Shown one piece after another: positions 15,587 through 25,117 of a stretch of DNA of 64,000 nucleotides. Positions within the stretch are counted from its first letter, which is position 1. Each line of letters starts with the position of its first letter. Made by a program: the position numbers and the translations under genes. Source of the stretch: Escherichia phage mistaenkt. A model generated the notes under the pieces. The model worked only from the letters and a program-made list of their open reading frames with translations, ran no database searches and was not told where the DNA came from. The DNA is taken from sequence record MN850587.1; one strand, given 5' to 3'.

Positions 15587-17413
15587 TTAAAGCTGTCTGT
15601 CAATAACATTTCGTACATCACGAAGGTTAACGTAGCCATATGGCTGAGAGTCGCAGAATACCAGCTTCAGAGCACACTGAGGGTTGTCAAGTACGCCTTC
15701 AAACTCTGCAAAGCCAAAGCCATCTACAGCTTCCAGCTTATCACCATCCCACATAGGGACTACACCACCAAAAGCAGACTTCTTCAGACCACTGTCAGTT
15801 TTAGGGTCTTTTGCCAGCATGATTTCTTCACCATCCATCTGTGCAAGAGTTGCTTTAACAGCGAATGCAAAGGTATCACGAGTCAGGTACTGGTAAGTGT
15901 ATGAACCAACACCAAAGACAACGTTAGAACTTGCAAAGCCCTTTTCAGCAAGACGGCTAAGAATCTCTTCAGCACGTTCCAGAGTGATAGAGTCACCATA
16001 GATTAAGCCAATATGTTCATCAAGGACTTTGTAACCTTTAGAGTTTACAGTGCCTCCAAAGATGTTGTACAGAGTTTTGATAGCCCCATCAATTTCTGCT
16101 GTCAGCATACGTTTAACAACAACTTTACCAGTCTTGTAAGTCTCTTTAAGGTTAACTGTATCGGCAACGTTAAAGTCTTCTGCATCAACAATTAACTCAT
16201 AACCTTCAGAGATTAGCCAAGCAGAGAAGCCATAACCCATATCTGTCATGTTACAATTCAAGATTGCATCAAGTAGATAAGTATTGTCAGGGGAAATAGT
16301 TGACATGTGTTTGTAATACATGCTCTTAGCATTTTCCCATTCAATTGCACGATAACCAGTAACAATGTGTACAGGGTCACCTGAATCTGGACGGATTACC
16401 AGTTTACCATCACGGTTCATGATTTCTTCACGGAGTTCTGGAAGAATCTCTGTAACTGTACGCCAGAAGTTGTAAGTATCGGACACAACACTTGCAATAC
16501 CAGTTGGGTAAACATCTACCAGCAGGTGCTTAAAGGTTTGAACCTCACCACGCCAGCGTTTAGCATCCAGCAAGCTATCAGACTGCATAATGTACTGTGA
16601 GTGAATGTCATCTTCTGTCAAGTCTTTCATATTCCATGAAATGTTTGCACACATCACAGAGTGTTCAGTTGCTGGAACAGAGTTACCAATATCACTTACA
16701 GTCATGAACTGACCATATGCACGTTTAGCAGTATACACAGCAGGGAAGCTGTCAGTGCCTTTAAAGCTGGTCAGGTGACCTACAGCGTTGAAAGCATCAT
16801 CTGTAAAGCCAGACATACCACGCATTGCAAAGTCGTGACACTGCCAAGGAAGATGGAAGTCATTGTCACAGGTCTTGTCAGCCCAAGATTTACAGATACG
16901 TTTGTAATGCAGTGCAATAGTTGCAATGGTACAAGCTTTCCAGATTTCAGCAGAGAAAGCATCTTCCAGATAACCAGCTACCCAATGGAAACCTTCAACG
17001 GTATTTTTGAAGATAATCATTGGAACACGCATAGGAACGATTGTACCTTCTTCAACAGAGTACACTGCAACTGGCAGATAACCTAAGTCGTGAAGTTCTT
17101 CCCAATGATGACGCTTGATAGCATCTGCACCAAGAACACCATTCATGATTTCCAAGATTTCATCAACAGCTTCTTTCTTATCACGTTCGAAGAAAGTTGC
17201 ATTCCAATGGTCTACTAAGTAATCTTTAACGAAACGTTGAATACCGAAAGCAACTACACCGTCAGTCTCCAAAGGAGTATTAAACCACTTATCGCCACGG
17301 GGTGTAAGGTTCAGCATCAGATACTGAGTTGCACTCGGATACTGGTAGGTGTGACCAGCTTTATAAGCATCTGCATTAAGACCTGCTGGAACTGCATAGA
17401 TTGATTTAGACAT
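15587..17413 (-). CDS. nadV: Nicotinamide phosphoribosyltransferase family protein (Nampt/NadV-like, 608 aa)
   Basis: N-terminal DAYKAGHTYQYP and C-terminal GLIYGDSI, VVFGVGSY, TRDTFAFAVK, KDPKTDSGLKKS blocks match the Nampt family as recalled; longer than typical Nampt. Confidence 0.8.
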   Translation of the reverse strand: MSKSIYAVPAGLNADAYKAGHTYQYPSATQYLMLNLTPRGDKWFNTPLETDGVVAFGIQRFVKDYLVDHWNATFFERDKKEAVDEILEIMNGVLGADAIKRHHWEELHDLGYLPVAVYSVEEGTIVPMRVPMIIFKNTVEGFHWVAGYLEDAFSAEIWKACTIATIALHYKRICKSWADKTCDNDFHLPWQCHDFAMRGMSGFTDDAFNAVGHLTSFKGTDSFPAVYTAKRAYGQFMTVSDIGNSVPATEHSVMCANISWNMKDLTEDDIHSQYIMQSDSLLDAKRWRGEVQTFKHLLVDVYPTGIASVVSDTYNFWRTVTEILPELREEIMNRDGKLVIRPDSGDPVHIVTGYRAIEWENAKSMYYKHMSTISPDNTYLLDAILNCNMTDMGYGFSAWLISEGYELIVDAEDFNVADTVNLKETYKTGKVVVKRMLTAEIDGAIKTLYNIFGGTVNSKGYKVLDEHIGLIYGDSITLERAEEILSRLAEKGFASSNVVFGVGSYTYQYLTRDTFAFAVKATLAQMDGEEIMLAKDPKTDSGLKKSAFGGVVPMWDGDKLEAVDGFGFAEFEGVLDNPQCALKLVFCDSQPYGYVNLRDVRNVIDRQL

Positions 17414-17457
17414 GTTTTAATCTCTCTCAAAGTGGGGCTTAAAAGCCCCTGATTAAT

Positions 17458-18339
17458 TTAATAGATGTTTGCTACAGTTACTTGACCGAAATGAGTCAGA
17501 CCACGGTCTTTCGCACTACCTAAAGAGTCTGTAGTGTAGATGTGTGAAATACCATTGTCAAGCAGGTTTTCAACACCTTTTGAGAAAATACCATGTGTTA
17601 CATACAGTTCAACTTTAGATGCTCCAGCTTCACGAAGATACTTGGCTGCTTCAATGAAGGTACGACCACCATCACAGATATCATCAATGATGAGTACAGT
17701 TTTACCAGTAAGGTCTACATCATCAAGCAGACGCATACCTGTAATCTCACCAGTCTTCAGGTCTCGAACCTTAGCCATTGTTACGTAAGGCTTATCAACC
17801 TCTTTAGCCGTCTCTGCAATCTTCTTAGCTGCTCCTGCATCTGGTGCTACCAGAAAATCAATGGTAGGCTCACTGGCATAGTGTGCTGCAACATCTTTTT
17901 GATGGATGTTCTGGAAGCATTTGAACAGGTTGTCTGCAACGTCACTGTGAGCATCCAGAGCACATACTGCATCAAAATCCATTGCATTGACCAGATTAGC
18001 AAACACTTTCAGTGCTGCTGCATCACCTTTAAACATGTGACGGTCATATCGAGCATTTGGCAGGTAAGCAAAGATGACAGTTTTCATAGTTGCTTTCTGA
18101 GGAATCATTTTGTCGATTGCCTCTTTTGCCAGAGCTAAAGCAAACAGAGTGTCTTTGTCGTAACCTTGTACAGTGAAGATGACGTTCTCAATCTGGGAAG
18201 CATTCTCTTCAGCATAGGTTACTAATTCTTCAGAGAAGTTACCACCAATTTCCCCAGACGGGAACTGGATAATGTTGAACTCTTCTTGGTGAGCACCTTT
18301 TTTCTGTGAGTGCAACAGTACGCTAATAATAGTTTTCAT
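17458..18339 (-). CDS. prs: Ribose-phosphate pyrophosphokinase family protein (Prs-like, 293 aa)
   Basis: PRPP-binding loop VLIIDDICDGGRT and THGIFS block, FPSGEI N-terminal block, VAPDAGA. Confidence 0.8.
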   Translation of the reverse strand: MKTIISVLLHSQKKGAHQEEFNIIQFPSGEIGGNFSEELVTYAEENASQIENVIFTVQGYDKDTLFALALAKEAIDKMIPQKATMKTVIFAYLPNARYDRHMFKGDAAALKVFANLVNAMDFDAVCALDAHSDVADNLFKCFQNIHQKDVAAHYASEPTIDFLVAPDAGAAKKIAETAKEVDKPYVTMAKVRDLKTGEITGMRLLDDVDLTGKTVLIIDDICDGGRTFIEAAKYLREAGASKVELYVTHGIFSKGVENLLDNGISHIYTTDSLGSAKDRGLTHFGQVTVANIY

Positions 18340-18351
18340 CTTTAATCTCTC

Positions 18352-18630
18352 TCAATCAAAAGTTACAAAGGTCACAGCCATAGCTGTTTTACATTTTTGT
18401 GGATTCACAATGTGATAGATGACTGAACAGTTTCCTGTTCCATCTGGTACTGGTTTTGTCCAAGTGCGTTCAACATTTGGTTCACCAAGTTCTTTGTAGA
18501 ATCCGTTTGTGTGATGGTCAATCATCTCAAGTGCTAATGAGTCTGGTACATGACCACGAATCATATACATCTCACAGCCATTGCCAGCATCACTTACAAG
18601 GTCTTTTATTTCCCAATCTGCTCTAGCCAC
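18352..18630 (-). CDS. Hypothetical protein (92 aa)
   Basis: ORF directly upstream of the Prs-like gene. Confidence 0.55.
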   Translation of the reverse strand: MARADWEIKDLVSDAGNGCEMYMIRGHVPDSLALEMIDHHTNGFYKELGEPNVERTWTKPVPDGTGNCSVIYHIVNPQKCKTAMAVTFVTFD

Positions 18631-19138
18631 GATAAGTTGCCTTATAAACAGTTTCGAATTTCAACAGGAGAGATATTGCCAGAACTGCATATTCTCTGTC
18701 AAGCATTGGTGGCATATTATTTCTTAGATACTCTTTTTGTTCTTCATAAGTCATCTTTGGAGTGTCTAAAATCTTCTCACCTTGCTTCTGGTTATCAATC
18801 TGAGTCTGGATAAACCAGTTTGCACAGTGGTGCTCACCACCTTTTGTAACTGGCTTGTGGTGGCCTAATGTAAAGGCTTGCTTGCCAGAATAACGACAAA
18901 GCTTGTTAAGAGTTGCAATAGTGTTCTTGACAACACAGTATTCATAGAGGTTATCAATTGTATAGTGAGGGTAGTATGCAAAGAGGGAACTGTCACGAAA
19001 CTTCCCACGATTCCAAAGAACCATGTGATTAGAGTTAGAAGGGTCATACTGATGGGAATCAATGAACTCTTGACGTTCATCAAAGTCAAGTCTTAGAACA
19101 GACATTGCAGCGGCACGTTTCAAGTTAGGTAAGTACAT
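18623..19138 (-). CDS. Hypothetical protein with HNH-like motif (171 aa)
   Basis: GHHKPVTKGGEHHCANW resembles the HH...GG...N core of HNH nucleases; weak. Confidence 0.4.
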   Translation of the reverse strand: MYLPNLKRAAAMSVLRLDFDERQEFIDSHQYDPSNSNHMVLWNRGKFRDSSLFAYYPHYTIDNLYEYCVVKNTIATLNKLCRYSGKQAFTLGHHKPVTKGGEHHCANWFIQTQIDNQKQGEKILDTPKMTYEEQKEYLRNNMPPMLDREYAVLAISLLLKFETVYKATYRG

Positions 19139-19151
19139 TTTCTCTCCAAAA

Positions 19152-19177
19152 TAAAAAGGGAACCTTTTACAGTTCCC
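19152..19177 (-). terminator. Rho-independent terminator
   Basis: GGGAAC-CTTTTACA-GTTCCC followed on the minus strand by TTTTTATTTT. Confidence 0.6.
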
Positions 19178-19190
19178 TAATCATAACTTA

Positions 19191-19502
19191 TTACTGAAGC
19201 TCTTTCAAGACTCTTACAAAATCTTCTTGGCTTACATCCATCTTGAGAGACTCAGATGGCTTGACAAGGTTGTTTGTACATACAATCTTCTTGTGCTTTT
19301 TGTCATAAGTCAGCTTCAGTTGATGCAGTTCTTTATCAGACTCATCCTGAGTGTTGTACATCTCAACAGCTTTTTTAAATGGGGTGTATGCACCACCAAA
19401 AGCTAAAAAGCCTGTACCACAATAATGTGCATTGTGTTTGTCATACATGAACTGGCACAATGCTAAAATCTGAAGTTTACGAGTGTTATAAATCTTGCTC
19501 AT
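19191..19502 (-). CDS. Hypothetical protein (103 aa)
   Basis: ORF preceded by a terminator hairpin. Confidence 0.6.
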   Translation of the reverse strand: MSKIYNTRKLQILALCQFMYDKHNAHYCGTGFLAFGGAYTPFKKAVEMYNTQDESDKELHQLKLTYDKKHKKIVCTNNLVKPSESLKMDVSQEDFVRVLKELQ

Positions 19503-19513
19503 GACAATTTTCC

Positions 19514-19771
19514 TTATTTATTACGTTTACGATTACGCGCTTTCTTAGCTGCACGTTTAATAGCTGCTGCACCAGTCTGACGATGGGCTTGTTTCTTACC
19601 GCCTTTGCCACGACCTACATAGATATATGGTTGTGCAAGAGTCTGTGCATTGATGCTGTCAGTGACAGTTTTGATATCAATTCCTGCATCTTTACCAGTT
19701 GTTGCAATCACTGCTGCAACCTTTGCAAGAGCCGCTAACATACGGCTTTTCATTCCACTAAAAATTCCCAT
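19514..19771 (-). CDS. Hypothetical protein with basic C-terminal tail (85 aa)
   Basis: C-terminus AAIKRAAKKARNRKRNK. Confidence 0.55.
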   Translation of the reverse strand: MGIFSGMKSRMLAALAKVAAVIATTGKDAGIDIKTVTDSINAQTLAQPYIYVGRGKGGKKQAHRQTGAAAIKRAAKKARNRKRNK

Positions 19772-19788
19772 TTTAATATCTCTCTCTT

Positions 19789-20187
19789 TTAAAGTTTGAT
19801 GCAGAACTGTGTAAGTTCTTCTTCTGTAATTCCGACAACAGAACCACCGACAACAAGGTTTGTAATGTAGAAATTGGAGTTGTGACCTTTGAATTTTACT
19901 TTAAAGGTTCCAGCTTTTTCAATCTCCGCCAGAGCACTCAGACCTGTACTACCAAACAGTGATTGAGTGTAATCTTTCCAGTCTTCCAGTTTATCTTGAT
20001 TAACTTTATATTGACCAAGAACAGACATGTTGCAACCAATTACTAAAAACTCACCTCTGCGAAAGCCATTATTCAGCTCTCCACTGACAATCACCTTGCC
20101 ACCCATATTCTTTTCTCCAAAGGTTTTGGTTATCAGAACCACGATACGGTTTGTTCGTTGGTTTAGAAGCATCATACTTACCATCAA
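19789..20187 (-). CDS. Hypothetical protein (start uncertain; track start overlaps nrdG)
   Basis: ORF; a later Met around 20106 would reduce the overlap. Confidence 0.5.
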   Translation of the reverse strand: MMVSMMLLNQRTNRIVVLITKTFGEKNMGGKVIVSGELNNGFRRGEFLVIGCNMSVLGQYKVNQDKLEDWKDYTQSLFGSTGLSALAEIEKAGTFKVKFKGHNSNFYITNLVVGGSVVGITEEELTQFCIKL

Positions 20188-20554
20188 TCACCACGTCAAC
20201 ATATTTCATTACTTCATGGTGAATTTTTTGGTGAAGCTGGAAACCTGTCCAAAGCCAGATAGATTTTTCTGGATAATGCTCTTTAACAGTCTTGCAGATA
20301 TACGCCACAGTGTCAATGTTTCGTTCTTCTAAAGGTTCTCCACCTAACACTGACAATCCTTCTATACCATCATCTTTCAACATAGCTAAGATATCAGCCA
20401 TATCAAAATCAGTAAACTCTTGACCTGCATTGAATTTCCAAGATTCTTTGTTGAAACAACCTTCACAGTGATGTTTGCAACCAGCTACGAAGATACTTAC
20501 ACGAGCACCTTCACCATTAGCGGTATCAAATCCTCGAATTTCCATAAAATTCAT
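20069..20554 (-). CDS. nrdG: Anaerobic ribonucleotide reductase activating protein (radical SAM)
   Basis: CKHHCEGC (CxxxCxxC) radical-SAM cluster motif near the N-terminus; adjacent to nrdD. Confidence 0.85.
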   Translation of the reverse strand: MNFMEIRGFDTANGEGARVSIFVAGCKHHCEGCFNKESWKFNAGQEFTDFDMADILAMLKDDGIEGLSVLGGEPLEERNIDTVAYICKTVKEHYPEKSIWLWTGFQLHQKIHHEVMKYVDVVIDGKYDASKPTNKPYRGSDNQNLWRKEYGWQGDCQWRAE

Positions 20555-20949
20555 TCAACTACCTCCACTTCAATCTTTTCATAAGACATAACATATTCTG
20601 GACAGTGTTTGTAAATGAAGTCTTGCAAAATTTTACTATCTTGTGCAGCAGTCATCAAGGCCACGTACTTAGGATTCATCTTCTGGATGTAGCTGTAGAA
20701 CGAGATATCACCAATCTCAGTTCCCCAATCGTCATCCCAAGTGCCTGTGATGATAATGATTTTATCAAGTAACCAATCAGGGACTACTAAGTTTTCATCC
20801 TCTTTGATTGAGTCAATGAGTTCTTGAGTGATGGTTAACTCACTGGTGATGTAAAAGCTGGAACCACGGCGATGTTCTTTCTCGCACTTTCCATCATCTA
20901 ACGTGCATTCTTTCAGCACTTCCATTAACGCTTTGGAGATTTTAAACAT
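20551..20949 (-). CDS. Hypothetical protein between nrdD and nrdG (132 aa)
   Basis: ORF with 4 nt overlap with nrdG. Confidence 0.6.
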   Translation of the reverse strand: MFKISKALMEVLKECTLDDGKCEKEHRRGSSFYITSELTITQELIDSIKEDENLVVPDWLLDKIIIITGTWDDDWGTEIGDISFYSYIQKMNPKYVALMTAAQDSKILQDFIYKHCPEYVMSYEKIEVEVVE

Positions 20950-21105
20950 TTTAACTTTCCTCTTAATTCACAATAAAGGAGTCCTAAAAAGAACCCTAGT
21001 AAGACAGAACCGATGAATAAACCAATGATGCTCTCTGCCATAACCAACATCCAATAAAAAAAGGTGATGCAAGCCTATCAAGACTTACACCACCTTGTCA
21101 ACTAC

Positions 21106-23247
21106 TTACATAGATTTTCTGTCACGAATCTCAGCAATCTTTGCATCGTTCATTCTTGAAGTTCCTTTGATTTTAGTCCATCCAAGGTAACCACAAACAC
21201 GGTTAATGACTGAGATATCATGTGAATGACACTTAGGACACTCTTCAACGTCTGCATTAGGACGATGACCACAATTCTCACAGATTGCTAAGTCAAAGTT
21301 CACACCTTGATAGAACCCTTTGCCCATACCTCTTGAGACACAAGCTTTGATAGCTTTATGATTCTCTGGGTTAGCCAGACGTACATACTGAATGTGACCG
21401 CCATTACAGCTATGGAACAGAGGTTCTTCCAAGTCTTGCTTCTGATACGGAGTAATCTCTGCTGCAACGTTCATATGGAAGCTATTAGTGAAGTATTCTT
21501 TATCAGAAACATCTTTCACAACACCAAACATATTACGGAACTGCTTCAATTGCGTCCCACAAAGGCTCTCAGCAGGTGTACCGTAAAGGGCATACAAGAA
21601 GCCATCTTGCTCTTTAAAGTACGCCAGACGGTCATTCAGGTAGTCCAGAACTTGCTGTGCAATCACTTTCTGAGACTCATGCAGTCTACCTTCTCCAGCC
21701 AGTACAGAAAGCTCATCAAGTGCAGTTACGCCGAAAGAAGCTGTGAAGGACTTCACAGTACCCCAACCAATCTTATCAGTTGGCTTCTTATCCCCTTTGT
21801 AAAGGCCACCTTGTGTGAATGCCAGAGGGTTTGAACTTGCTGGCATGTTAGCAATCATCTCATAGCGTTTCTTATGGAAGCTACGAATCATCTCAAGGTA
21901 TTTGTCAAGTTCTTTCCAGAAGTCTAAACCGTTCTCTTTAGCATACTGATAAATCATTGGCAAGTTCAAAGAAACTGCACCAATGTTTGCACGACCAACG
22001 TAGAACTCTTCTCCGTTTTCGTCATAGTATGGAGACAGGAAAGCTCGACAACCCATCGGTGAAATTACCTTTCCAGAACGTTCAAACGCTTCTGCAACAG
22101 CACCATGACCAGATACACTCAAGAAGTCTGGGTACATTGCTCTAGAGCAACATTCAATAGCCTTGTTATACAGTCTTGCTTGGCAGATATCAAGAGCATA
22201 TCTTGTCTGGTCATGAATGTAGACCAGTTTAGGGAACACAACAGGCTTCTTATTCTTCCCTTGACCATTCATACGAACATCAAGGATTGTATCAGCAATC
22301 ATAAACTGGAGGCGGTTATCCTCGTTGTGCATATCAGGTTCCAGTAAACCGAATGTCAAAGTTGTGAATGCAAAGTCACCACGGCTACAAGGAACTGTGT
22401 TAAGCTTCATCTCAAGTGATTGAAAGCCTTGTGTAAGTTCAATTTGGAGTTGTTCCATCACGTAGTTGTAATGTTGGTCTTTAGGGATTCCATAAGCCTC
22501 TGCTTTCTCAGAGTGGTAGCGTAAAGACTTCTTAGCATACGGCACAAGAACCTTATCAATCTCTGGGATTGTGAAGCCACCAAATTGCTGTGCAGTTGCT
22601 GATAACACAACATCTCCAATGACCTGTAAAGCTGACAGAACAGACTTAGGTTCACAGTATTCTATACCGGACATTTCAAAGCCACCTTTTAGGACTTTAC
22701 CAATGTCAAACAGGCAACAGTTAATACCACCAAATACCAAATCTCTCAGGTCATGAATGTAGATGAAACCTGCTTCAATAGCTTCAAGTTCTTCTGGTGT
22801 CAAGTGATACTGCTTGAAGATTTCTTTAGTCAGGTAGCCACGAATGATAGAACCTTTTGTAGAGATTAAGCTACTGTCAAAGTTAGCATTCTCACGGTCA
22901 CCTAAGAAGAGGGTATCTTTGGTCTTCTGATAGAGTTCATCCCAATTCTGTGCAACCTCTTTACGATAGTTACGATAGGTTGAATAAGATTCATAAATCT
23001 CGTGATTAACTTCTGCTAAAGCCCCTTCAACAATGCTGTGAATGTCATCTACAGAAATCAGCAAAGTATTCTGGTTAGAAGCCTTTACAAGAATCCGCAT
23101 AAAAGCTGACTCAAGAGCATGGACAACCTCTAACGGGAGTTCTTTATAGCCAACTCGGTTAGCTGACTTTGTAACTGCTGCTAGGACTTTCTTAATATCT
23201 GGTTCTTCAAGTGAGCCATTCTTTTTAATAATTTGTACTTTGACCAT
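21106..23247 (-). CDS. nrdD: Anaerobic ribonucleoside-triphosphate reductase (class III)
   Basis: N-terminal ATP-cone-like VKVQIIKKNGSLE; C-terminal glycyl-radical motif RVCGYLG and Cys-rich zinc site; start moved from track 23349 to ATG 23247, which has an AAGGAG SD. Confidence 0.9.
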   Translation of the reverse strand: MVKVQIIKKNGSLEEPDIKKVLAAVTKSANRVGYKELPLEVVHALESAFMRILVKASNQNTLLISVDDIHSIVEGALAEVNHEIYESYSTYRNYRKEVAQNWDELYQKTKDTLFLGDRENANFDSSLISTKGSIIRGYLTKEIFKQYHLTPEELEAIEAGFIYIHDLRDLVFGGINCCLFDIGKVLKGGFEMSGIEYCEPKSVLSALQVIGDVVLSATAQQFGGFTIPEIDKVLVPYAKKSLRYHSEKAEAYGIPKDQHYNYVMEQLQIELTQGFQSLEMKLNTVPCSRGDFAFTTLTFGLLEPDMHNEDNRLQFMIADTILDVRMNGQGKNKKPVVFPKLVYIHDQTRYALDICQARLYNKAIECCSRAMYPDFLSVSGHGAVAEAFERSGKVISPMGCRAFLSPYYDENGEEFYVGRANIGAVSLNLPMIYQYAKENGLDFWKELDKYLEMIRSFHKKRYEMIANMPASSNPLAFTQGGLYKGDKKPTDKIGWGTVKSFTASFGVTALDELSVLAGEGRLHESQKVIAQQVLDYLNDRLAYFKEQDGFLYALYGTPAESLCGTQLKQFRNMFGVVKDVSDKEYFTNSFHMNVAAEITPYQKQDLEEPLFHSCNGGHIQYVRLANPENHKAIKACVSRGMGKGFYQGVNFDLAICENCGHRPNADVEECPKCHSHDISVINRVCGYLGWTKIKGTSRMNDAKIAEIRDRKSM

Positions 23248-23271
23248 TTGTGCTCCTTTATATACGAAAAA

Positions 23272-23287
23272 GGTCTCCGAAGAGACC
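23272..23287 (-). terminator. Terminator or attenuator hairpin with UUCG-type loop just upstream of nrdD
   Basis: GGTCTC-CGAA-GAGACC followed on the minus strand by TTTTTCGTATATAAAGGAG. Confidence 0.6.
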
Positions 23288-23293
23288 CTTATA

Positions 23294-23500
23294 TTAATTC
23301 TTTTTGAAAATCTTCTCAACAAACTTTTTGAGTTTGCCGCTAATGTCAAGATGGATTTCTAGAATCTCAAAGATTACCCATACTAGCATAGCACCAAACA
23401 AAGCACCTTGTTTGATATCAATAAACAGGTTCACAAAGAAGAAACCGAGTACAATCATCGGTGCATCAACTGTGAAACCTTCCCACAAACGCTTAAGCAT
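23294..23500 (-). CDS. Small membrane protein (68 aa)
   Basis: Two hydrophobic segments (MIVLGFFFVNLFI, ALFGAMLVWVIFEIL). Confidence 0.5.
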   Translation of the reverse strand: MLKRLWEGFTVDAPMIVLGFFFVNLFIDIKQGALFGAMLVWVIFEILEIHLDISGKLKKFVEKIFKKN

Positions 23501-23735
23501 TGTTCACCTCTGCCATAAAGTCTTGTAGTGTACCAACCGGAGTCAGGACAGTATCTTCAGTCTTCATAATGAACGGCATCTGACGAACTGGCATCTTTGC
23601 AATATCCATCAGGTCTGACAGTTCATAGTCCTGTCCTAACATTCTTACAATGTGGTCAATACCACGAGCCTTCGCAAAGTTCTTTGCAGTTTCACACTGA
23701 GGGCAACCAGTTTTGGAGTAAATTACGTAAGTCAT
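23493..23735 (-). CDS. Glutaredoxin or NrdH-like redoxin (80 aa)
   Basis: Active-site CPQC near the N-terminus, thioredoxin-fold size, between nrdB and nrdD. Confidence 0.75.
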   Translation of the reverse strand: MTYVIYSKTGCPQCETAKNFAKARGIDHIVRMLGQDYELSDLMDIAKMPVRQMPFIMKTEDTVLTPVGTLQDFMAEVNNA

Positions 23736-24808
23736 TAAGGAACCTCTAAATATCCTGAGTTTAAATCATCTACAACGGTATTCAACAAGTACGCACCGTT
23801 TTGCTGTTCTTGGTTAGCATTCTGCTCTTTATCAATTTCCATCTTCTTAATCATGTATTTCAAAGGTGGTTCTTTAGGAGCTACGAAGTCTCTTGGAATA
23901 CCAAACATATCATACAATGGTGCAGCATTATAGTAAACCCACTCATGTAGAAGTTTTGTATTCAAACCAACTACGGCACGACCTTCAGAGAAAATATAAT
24001 AAGACCATTTCTCTTCACTTTCAACTACTTCATCAAGAATTACTTTGATTTCTGGAAGAACCTGACGGAAAGCTTCTTGCCATTCTTCATCTTTCAAAGT
24101 CTCTTTCAGTGCTTCAATGTCAATCTTCGTGTGAAGGATTTCATCAAGCATAATTTTCTGTACTGCCTGAGCAATACCTTGGAACTTATCTTGTGCATCA
24201 AGTGCAAAGGTACATGCAAAGGATGCCATAAAGGATACACCTTCCAAGGCAGTTACTGCAAAGAGACCTTTCAAAATTACTTTGTGAAAGTGTAAAGGGT
24301 CTTTCTCAAGCAGTGAATCACGAACATAACTTAGACGATAGTTGATACCTTCGTCAAGTAATTCTTCCAGTGCTCTGTTCACAGTCTTCAGACGGTCTTG
24401 TACAGCAGCATTCTGGTTAATCTCATCAAGGATTGTCTCAGGATTCTTAATACACTGGCGAACAATCTCTGAATAAGTCAAGGCATGAAGGTTCTCAATT
24501 TCAGATTGCTTCATGATTGCCGTTGCGTAGATATCATCAGAGATGAATGGTGCAAAAGCAAATGCCAAACTCTTAGCAACCTGTGTATCAGCTTCCCACT
24601 GCCACTTAATAATCTCAAGCATTACACCAGACATTGATTCTGGAACACTTTCAAAGTCTAATCGTGACTGCTCAAACGGGAACTCATCTTCAGACCAGTC
24701 TTGTGCTTTCTGCTGTTTGTACAGTTCAAAGATTTTTGGATAGTGTTTGTTGAGTGAGTCAAAAGTTTTTCGCTCACCACCTAAAAAGATTGGATGTTGG
24801 TTAATCAT
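23735..24808 (-). CDS. nrdB: Ribonucleotide reductase class I small subunit
   Basis: Di-iron and radical-site-like block EGVSFMASFACTFAL...LDEILHTKID; directly downstream of nrdA. Confidence 0.85.
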   Translation of the reverse strand: MINQHPIFLGGERKTFDSLNKHYPKIFELYKQQKAQDWSEDEFPFEQSRLDFESVPESMSGVMLEIIKWQWEADTQVAKSLAFAFAPFISDDIYATAIMKQSEIENLHALTYSEIVRQCIKNPETILDEINQNAAVQDRLKTVNRALEELLDEGINYRLSYVRDSLLEKDPLHFHKVILKGLFAVTALEGVSFMASFACTFALDAQDKFQGIAQAVQKIMLDEILHTKIDIEALKETLKDEEWQEAFRQVLPEIKVILDEVVESEEKWSYYIFSEGRAVVGLNTKLLHEWVYYNAAPLYDMFGIPRDFVAPKEPPLKYMIKKMEIDKEQNANQEQQNGAYLLNTVVDDLNSGYLEVP

Positions 24809-25080
24809 AATGGTAGGTTTCCTGTTTCATAAAATTCTCTGGCTTCTGACGCTGTTAAAACTTGCCAACGGTCAACTTTAAACATATCAAGAGACCTTGC
24901 ATAAGTGTTGCTTGGGTTAAAGCAATCAATGTAACGAAGATGCTCTTTCCAAGAACCATCTGGCATTTTAACTTTCAGATGATAGTCTGCAATATAATAT
25001 AGAGACTCTCTTGGAATATAATACAGATACAAAGCACAGTTTGGTTCTCTGTTCCTTGCATCTTGAATGAGTTCTAACAT
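24805..25080 (-). CDS. Hypothetical protein between nrdA and nrdB (91 aa)
   Basis: ORF with 4 nt overlap with nrdB. Confidence 0.55.
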   Translation of the reverse strand: MLELIQDARNREPNCALYLYYIPRESLYYIADYHLKVKMPDGSWKEHLRYIDCFNPSNTYARSLDMFKVDRWQVLTASEAREFYETGNLPL

Positions 25081-25093
25081 GGTTTCTCCAAAA

Positions 25094-25109
25094 GGGGCTT
25101 TACAGCCCC
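25094..25109 (-). terminator. Hairpin terminator or attenuator
   Basis: GGGGCT-TTAC-AGCCCC followed on the minus strand by TTTTGG. Confidence 0.55.
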
Positions 25110-25117
25110 CTGTTTAG

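Noticed and set aside
17434-17449. GGGGCT-TAAA-AGCCCC hairpin between the Prs-like and Nampt-like genes considered as an intrinsic terminator
   Set aside because: No U-tract follows on either strand; more likely an RNA processing or attenuation element, so it is not annotated as a terminator.
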